Shown: positions 38,901 through 47,900 of the stretch, piece by piece
How positions within the stretch are numbered: the stretch's first letter is position 1
How the letters are laid out: each line of letters opens with the position of its first letter
NCBI GenBank assembly: GCA_030698625.1
Contig: JAUYMS010000017.1
Coordinates: forward strand, 12,962 to 76,961
DNA length: 64,000 nucleotides
Direction of reading: 5' to 3'
From: Candidatus Omnitrophota bacterium
GTDB taxonomy: Bacteria > Omnitrophota > Omnitrophia > Omnitrophales > Aquincolibacteriaceae
Position numbers and translations under genes: made by a program
The notes under the pieces: generated by a model
Told to the model about the DNA's origin: nothing
Databases searched by the model: none
The model's input: the letters and a program-made list of their open reading frames with translations, nothing else

Positions 38901-41900
38901 AGTTTCCGGGCGAGGCGGGCATCGAATATTTTGAGGTTTCCGAGGACGGCCTCGAAGCAGCTGATTACGAAAGCATGAAGGGTGCGGATGCCGTCGCGCT
39001 GGTGACCGCATGGGAGACTTTTAAATCCTTGGATTTTGAACACCTCAGAGATGTGACTTTTTCCGGCAGAGCCCTTCCGACGATCTTTGACGGCTTCAAC
39101 GGTTGGAATCCCGAAACCCTGGGGGGTCTCGGTTTTAGTTATACGGGGATCAGCCATAATAAATTTGATAGTGACCTGGTCGGAGAAGCAACCGTCGATA
39201 ACCAGGAGGAGTTTGTGGAGCTTACCAAACAACTCTTTCTCGCCCTTCGAGTCTCGTACACCAATATGCTTGCAGAGATGGCCGAAGCCGCGGGTGCCGA
39301 TATTCGCGAGGTCCTGACGGGAATCGGCTTTGATCCGGTTATCGGTCCCGAGCATCTGAAGCCCGGTCTCGGCTTTGGCGGTTTACACCTTTCCCGTGCC
39401 TTGGAGCGTTTTGAGAGCATGGCGGTGGCACTCAATTTCCGCGCATTCTATTCCGCAGAATACGTCACACGCAGACATCAGATTCAGGACCATTTTGGTT
39501 TTGGAAAGAACGGAATGGGGGATAGCCCGGACCGCATTCCTTTTGTATCCGCGATTCGTGAGGAAAATGAAAGGTCCATCAGGCTACATGTGGATATGAT
39601 ACGAGAGGCAGCGGGGGGTGACTTGACGGGAAAAAAAATCGCGGTTTTGGGGTTGGCATATAAGCCCGGTACCAACGTCATTGACAACGCGCCTTCTGTG
39701 AAATTGATAAATACGCTGCTTGAAGCAGGCGCAATTATTCAGGCGACCGATGAGGATGAGCAGGTCATAGCGAAGATCAAACAGGAGTTCCGTCAGGTTG
39801 AGTCCGGGCGACTTCAGTTTTTCGCGGATGCCCGCGATGCAGTACAAAAGAGTCAGGTTCAGGTTTTGGTGACCGAATGGCCAAGATATCGGGATTGGAA
39901 TGATTTTGTCTTCGAAGCAGCTCAAGTTAATTTTGTCGACGGCCGTCATTTTTACGATCCCGCGGAGTTCAAGAACAGCGGTATTAATTACTATGCCATA
40001 GGTGTTCCCCGCGGCGACCGTGATCGCTCCGAGTTACGTTCAGAAGAAGGTCTGGCGTCCACGGTGTTTAAGATGCTCGAGTCATTCGACAAACCTTTTA
40101 AAGACAACCGGAAGGCCATTACGGATTATATCCGGCCGCTCGGTCGGGAACAGAAGATCGAAGCTTTCAATCTGCTTGTCGATGTTCTCGTGGATGCGAC
40201 GGCCAAGGGGCGGGCGCGCGAACTGGCGGGCCGTGTCCTTCCTAAAGTGATCGAAGATCTCGGCCGGGACGACAAGGTCGACAATGTGGCCGTCATTCTC
40301 CCCGCGCTGCGCAAGGTGATTGCAACGATTGATCAAATCGTGAAAGGCATGCGGCCGAAGACGCGCGAAGAAGGGATTTTCGTTTGGTATGCGATGGACT
40401 TTGTCGAAACCGTTGAAGACTATGCGAGCGGCAAGAATATTCAGCATGTCGTAGACAAGGCGCTGGGGAACAAGCTCAAGAACATCGAAGGCGAACTCGG
40501 CACCATTTTCTGGATCCGTGAAGTAGACAGCCCCTGGTGGAGATTCGAGGGCCAGACCGAAGACCTTGGTTATCTGCATATTTCCGCGCGTCATCATGCC
40601 AAAGAGCTCAAGCGTGTCGCAAAGCGGATCAAACGGCCGGCTGAAGATACAGAAGAACGTGAGACGCCGGAGGAGTTGTGGGCGCGTGCGGTTCGGGCCT
40701 ATGAAGGCATGGGTCTTCTGCGGCAGCAGGCCCTGATCCTGTGGCAGCTGGAAAGCCGCGACATGACCGCAGAGAATCCGCATCAATACGAGATCGAAGA
40801 CAAGATTCATGAGATCGCACGGCTTGCCGCGGAATCTCGGCCCGTCTTTGAAGGCATCACTGCAGATCTAAGAAAAACTTACACAAAGCCCTGGCCGAAG
40901 CGCGACCCAAAGAAAAAGACTCTGTTCCCCGGACTCTCAGCTCTTCCTTCTGAGCAGGTAGCACTCGAAGCGGATGAGCGCATGATCGAGAAGCCGAATG
41001 GCATGAAGCAGGAGCTTGCGAATCAGATCTTTGGGCTCTTCGCCAAAATGAAACGGCATTCGAAAGAGATTGCGCGTTGGGGCGCGATTACTACGGGCAT
41101 CATCAATAAGATTCAGGAAGGCTCCAGCGAAGATCAGGGCGTTGCGATCAAGGAGCTCAGAGAAATCATTCGCGAGCGGGCCTATCCGGAACTCGAAGAA
41201 CTTTCACGGCTTTCGGCGGAGATCATGATGACAATCGGATGGCTCGGGACGACCACTGAAGAAGATCACGCCGCCGAGATTAATGCAGCGCAGGACCTGG
41301 GCCGACAGATTCGAGAAGCCCTGCGATCGGATCCGGATGACGATGGAAAGGACACCGAAGTAAGAGAATATCTCAACTCCGAAGAGTTCCGGGAGATGGA
41401 GCCCAATGACCGCCTGGGAGCCGTTATCGATCAACTCAGGAACAATGGCCTCAATCTCGACGGTGAAAACATGAACGACATCTACAATAAACTGCCCCTG
41501 CAGCTTGGCGACTATGTCAGCCGGGACGACATTACGACCTATGACATGGAAGCTTCCATATATAGAAAGATCCGCGAAGCTGTTGCCGACCCGCAGATTC
41601 AGCGGTTCCTTCTCGCGGAAGATTTCATGAAGCTGGATCCGCTGGAAAGGCTTCCCGCGCTCATTGCCGAAATTCGCCAGGCTCGGCTGCCGCTTGACGC
41701 CGAAAACGTCATGCAGATCCGGCAGGCCCTGCCGCGCGTGCTGGCAGACCATACCGAGGTCACAAGACCTATTAGTGACGACGGCGAACTGGGTGAAGAA
41801 TACGAAAAACGGACTCAGATCTTCAAGCAGGATATTCCGGCCCTCGACCTGCCTTTCAATGTCTTTGTGCAGATGCGGGATCTGGTCGAGATGAGTGAAG

Positions 41901-44900
41901 TTCAATCGTATCTGGATTCTCCGGAATTCCGTGCTGTTCCCGCCGAACGGAAGCTCGCCACATTTGTCGCAAAACTTCAGGACGGAGAGACGGGCATGAA
42001 TTTCATTCTGGAAACCGATGACTTGGAACTTATCCACCGTGCTCTTCCCGAAGATCTCAGTAACAAGACGAAAAAGACGGAGATGCCGTTACCGGTCGCC
42101 GAAGACGCCGAGGCGGAAACCGCCGGCTATCTCGGCTGGGTGCGGCCGTTTCTCGATTTCTTACGCAAATTGTTCCGGGCGGCGGTCGAGTACTTTCCGA
42201 ACCGGATTCAGTTGGGCCGCGACCGCAAGGCCGTGGAACAGGCAACGCGTGTTGCTTTTGAAACACGGGCCATTCACGAAGAGTCCCGCAAATACTATCT
42301 GGATATATTCGAAGAAATCGAGAAGCTTCGCAAAGCGACCGGTCGCAACACCTTTCCGATCGCCGCAGAAGACACTTATGGGCTTAGCCCCGAACCCGCA
42401 TCACCGCCTGCAGTTGACCCTTCCGGTACAGGCCGCTCCGAGCTGCGCAGTGATTTTGAGGTTGCGAGGGCGGCTACGCAAGATCAATTGAAGGAATTGT
42501 TGGGGCAGCACTTTGCGATCGAGGTCCTTGACGATGCGCTGACCGATCGCTTGTCGCCCGACATCTTTACTTTCTGGTATGCCCTTATTAAAGCGGCGCA
42601 CCTCGACAAATCCGCGCTCAGGAGAGTGATTTTTACCCTGTGGGACCGGGCCCATGAAAAGACCCTGGTGTATGAGGGGAAGGAGATTGAGTTAACGGAA
42701 ACCGACAAGCTTCTTTACCATAGCCAAGGCGGTTATCATAAGGATACGAGTTCCGTCATCGTAAATACCTCGGGTACGATGCCCCTTGCGATGATTGTCG
42801 CGCACGAGATCGGCGAAGCGATTGTTAAGGTTTACGGATTCCGCTATTACCTACCCGAATCGCAGCATGAATACCTGGTTCATTATGTCCTCAAAAGTCT
42901 TCTCAAAGAGGTGGATCCGAAATATATCCAGGAATATGACGATGCAACGTCGGGCTCTTTAGGTAAGGTCGGATACGACGTGAGCAGGAGTAGAGTCAGC
43001 ATGATCGAATCCGTAGGGAATGCGATTCTGAAAAACGCGAAATTTGCGAAGGCGAAAAAGAGAGCAGGCTTTTTGCCCGAGCTCGAACGATTCGAAGAGG
43101 ATGTCCCGTGGAGTGCGTTACGCGATAAGGATCCCGCCGCGAGATCCAAAACATATTTCAAGGAGGGCGACCGGGTCGTCATTGACGTAAGGGGACGGGA
43201 GGGGCCGTATATCGGGAGTGGTGTTCTTGCCGTGAAAGGAGTAATAAGCAGTGTGAACCGTGACGGACAGAGTGTCTACGTCAACCTCGTCACCGACAGC
43301 GGTGAAATTCAAAACTCGGTATTCGGAACAAATATTGGCGACGCCAAATTGTGGAAATGGGATGAGGGAAAGGAACCGTTTGTGCCCGAGGGCGGAGAAT
43401 TACGGAAGGAGGAGTATACTTCCGTCTTAGAGCTTCCCGCCGCCATCGCGAAGGCACTCTGGGATGATGCCAGTTTTCTCACCGTCGGTGAGCTGAGAAA
43501 TGCCCTTGGGATGGGCTTGCTGCATCTTATCCCGGGCATTGATTATGAAGCGATTCGCACAATCAGAGAGAAACTTGCGAGTGTCCGCTCCGAGCTGAGG
43601 GCTGAATACGACGCCTACATTGTTTCCGGTGCGGAGAGGGCCTTAAGGCCGGCCGGTGAAGTCAGTCGCAAGGGCGCGAACCTGTTGACGATGGCGTCAC
43701 TCGGTCTTCCGGTTCCTGATTTTGTTATTGTGACGACGGACCTCGCCAAAGACCGGGGCGGCAATATCGACTTTGATGAATTGGCTGCGGCATTGACCGC
43801 CCAATTCGAAGGAAAGCTTGGCGAGGATTACCGCCTGCGTGTCAGACCCGCGGCGATTGAGACTATGCCAGGGGTTCTGGATACTTATGCCGGTATTGCA
43901 TCGGGCACAGATCTCGCGGAAGCGCTTCGTCGGGCCTACGCACAGTGGGAGGACCCTTTTACCTCGGCTTATCGAGACGAATTTGGCATTCCGCATGATT
44001 CGGGAATCGCGATTACTGTGCAGGTCGAAATCAATGTGAGCGGAACTCCGAAAAGTGCTGCAGGTGCTTTTCATACGCGTGACCCGAAAAGCGGAGAAGA
44101 CCGGCTGACGGGAACTTATTATATCGGAGCGCCCGGGGAAAAGACGATGTCGGGGTCTGAAGACCCGGCCTTCCGGACCGTCGAAGACCATTTGCAGACT
44201 GACTTTCCGGATCTTCATACGAAACTTGTCGAAATCAAAGGCATTCTCGAAAAGCATTACGGGTACCCGCAGATCGTGGAGTTCATTATTGAAGACGGCA
44301 AGATTCATCTTCTGCAGACCGATCATATGGACCTGGATGAGGCCGGCATCGGCGAACGCGTCATGGACGACATGTTCCGCCAGAAGCTTACGAGCATCAA
44401 GCGTATCACGGCTGCCCGCAAGGCCCGTGAAGCGCTCAAGGTAGCGATTAGGGCGGTCCGCGAAGACGCCAAAAAGGAAACAGTGCCGGGCTTCGCGCTT
44501 TCGCGCGGAGCTGCTGTGGGAGTCCTGGCTTTCTCACTTGAGGCGGCCGAGCGTTACCGGGCGGACGGCAAGCAGGTAATCTTGCTTGTGCCGGAGCGTA
44601 ACCGCGCAGTGTGGACGGCGATGATACAAAAGAAACTTGACGGTCTTCTGCTCCTTTTCGGTAATTACAATATGCATGAAGCCCGCATTGCACGGCGCAT
44701 CGCCCTGCCCGCGGTTTCCAGTCTGGAAGACCGGGAATTCGACGGCGCATCCTTTCGGGTTGGCAATATCTCGTTAAAGGAAGGCGACCGCATTGCCATT
44801 GACGGAAACACGGGCAAAATCGTGCTGCCCCAGGGCCGGCATGTGCTCGAGACCGTTGCGGAGACTGCGGTTGAGACGGCCTCGGAAGTGGATCCCGAAG

Positions 44901-47900
44901 AAGTCGCTCAGAAGACGCGCGAGGCGTTTGGCGCCCTCTCGTATCAGCAGCTTGTGGTTCTGCATTCGGTACTCGCGGCCAATGTCTCCTATGAAGACCT
45001 GACACACAGCGGGGCTGCCGACGATGCCATTGCCCTCGAGACTGCCCTCGATGAGATTCATATCCTGGTGACGAAGGCCGGCACCGTGCTTGGGCGTACG
45101 GAACTGGAAATTGGGCGCGAACTTCAGACGGTTCGGAACACCTACTGGCAGCATGTGGAGGCGCGTGAGATTCCTGAAGCGATTCGTTTCACTACCCAAG
45201 ATGAACTCATCGCTAACGGGATCGCCAAAACGGGGTTAATTCTTGCCCCTGTGCGCGGACTCAGGATCGAAAGCATCGACAAGCTCAAAGGGTTTGGCAA
45301 AGACCTCGTATTGCGGAGTGCCGATCTGAATCTGCCGATCGAATTTACAGCTACGCTTGCCGGCGACCTGACGGCATTGGAAGCAACGCCGGACCTCTTG
45401 GCCATCGGCATGGCAATTGAGATAGAAGCCGAATACATCAACCTCATCGGTGAAGAGGCTATCGCCTCGTTCTTTTTTGAAAAGGAAAAAGTGAAAAAGA
45501 CGCAACTCGTCAACGTGACGGTAACTGTCGAGGATGCAGCATCGGGAAGGGTCAAGATTCGTGGTGAGTTCCCCTTCGAACAATACATGCCGGTGTTTAC
45601 TGCTCAGATCCGGATTCTAACGGCAGCAGGTGATAAATGGTACTCAGAGTGGCGGGATGACGACCGCGGCGATCTGGTCGGAATTCACTGGGAGAAGCCT
45701 TCGACGGTACGCAGGGAGCGCATCGAACAATTGATTCGCGCAAAAGAATTTAAGGCAGCCTCGGCGGACAGCGATCGGCTGAAGCAGGAGCGCGCCTACG
45801 AACTTGTGCGCGAAGCCCTGAATAACACCACGTTCAGCTATGGCATGGGCAGCGGCTACAGCAACCGGTTGGACGGAATCCTTGAGGAACTCGGCGAGGA
45901 GGGGCATCGCTGGCGCCTCAATTATCAGTTTCTCGGAAACTATGCCAGTGAAGTGACGATCGCTTCGGAGGTGCAGAAGCCTTCGAGAATGCACTTCGAC
46001 GATAGCGAAGCCTATGCGCAGATGCTCAATGAGATGTTCGGCGCCGAACTGAAAACCAGAGCGGGGTCCTGGTCGGAAAACTCGAAACGGGCCGGGGACC
46101 CCATCCACGCCTGGTCATACCATTACATGAACGTTCTGCCGGTCGATGATGCGATTGCGAAACGCCTGGCCGAGGGGCTCGTGGAACTGCAGGATACGAT
46201 CGATGTTCTAGGCCTCACCCGGTATCAAGATAAAGACGCACTGAATTACCTTGATGCCGAGGCCCTTGTCATTGCCCTTTATCTCAAACATCAGGGCCGC
46301 CTGCAACCTCACCGCTCCGAACTTCGAAGCGAACAAGAAGATTTAACGGAACAGGATCTCTCCGCTCTCCTAAGGCCATGGATTGTCCATTTTGATCCCG
46401 ATGCCGGCTATACGGCTTTTACGCGAAACAAAGACGGAAAAATCTATGAAATCGTTCTGTGGGTCAGCACTCCCAAAGACGAGGCAGGCAAGCGTCATCG
46501 CTACCTAAGAACACCGATACATATTATCCAGGGCTTGTACCCTCAGTACAAACTCGACGGCGATATACAAACAGATAAGGTTTCGGTCGGAGGCGGGAAG
46601 CGCAGATTTTATGTGTCGCTGAAGTTTGAAGAGGAGGAGAAAGCCGCGGAGGCGGATGAGTGGGCCCTTGATCTGCAAATCAATGACCGTCCCTTTCGCA
46701 GAAAAAAACCGGCCGCCGTCTGGAAGCTGGAGTTTTGGACCCAACCGTTAGTTGTGGTCCTCGCCGTCGCAGGGTTCCTCATTATGCCGGTACTCATTGT
46801 TCTGTCCTTCTTCGGCACACGACCTTCAGAGGAAGGGGAAAACGCGAAAAGCCGGCGCGATACATCAGGCGGCACAATTACAGTCCCGGGTTCAGCGGTA
46901 CCCGCTGAACCTGAGGCCAAGCTGAAGCCGCCCGCCGCGCCCGCCCGTCAACTCGTGAATCTTTATCCGTCGAAGGAGAACGAGATTGCCAATCTCAGGT
47001 TGCCGGTAAAATATGAAAATAACAGCGTGGTGCTTACGCAGGGAACCGGGTTTGTGGAATGGCGGACGCCTTTGTCGGGTGCGGATATTCATCCCGACAG
47101 CGGGTACAAATACATGACTATTTTCATCGATGCCGACGTTCCCTACGGACTTTTTCTGGAGTTAAAAAATAGTACGGCCGAGCGTCTGGCCGGCCATGAC
47201 CCATTGGATCCTTCAGGGCTCGTAAAGCTTTATATCGGGGGTGACGAAACAGCTCGCGCGCAAGGTTATGTCACGATCCGGCTTCAAGGCAAGCATGTCG
47301 CCAATTTAACGGACTATTTTGTCTCGGCAATTGCCGTATCTGACGTCATGGTGGGTGAAGGCAAGTCAGTTACGATACGCGGCTACCGCTTTCACGATAC
47401 TCCTTCGCCTAACACTGCCGCCGACAGCCGTGGCCGCTCGGAACTTAGGACGGTTTCGGCGAGGCCGGCCTTGAGCACGGAACGCGTCGATCAGGTTGCG
47501 CAGGTGGCTCTTGCGCGTGATCTCCTGTTTGGTATTTTGGCCGTTCGCGTCGCTGCGGAACTGGCAGCGAACATCTATAAGAAGCTGCTCATCGAAATGA
47601 ATGTCTTGGAGCCGGAAGTTGTGTCTGTGCTCAGCGACGATCTGCGGAAGGCGCTCAGCATTCCGGTCGATCCGCGCGAACGTAATGGATTTGGTGTTTC
47701 TGTCGTGCAGGCCGATCAATTCGATGCGGTCGGTTACTATGCCGCCGATATTCTGCTGCGTGAATATCCGAACAAACTTCAGATTGTGATCACCTCAATG
47801 ACGGAGGCCGAAATCGACAGGTTGGAAGGCAGTCTTAAAGAACCGCTTACGGGCCGCCTCTTTCTGGTGCCGGCAAGCGAGGATTATTCTACGACCCTGC

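Noticed and set aside
42790-42830. AHEIGEA in giant protein 2 as a zincin HExxH protease motif (a candidate RSELR-processing protease)
   Set aside because: The sequence is H-E-I-G-E, not H-E-x-x-H. No second His or downstream Glu/Asp ligand pattern was found. It is not supportable as a metalloprotease.
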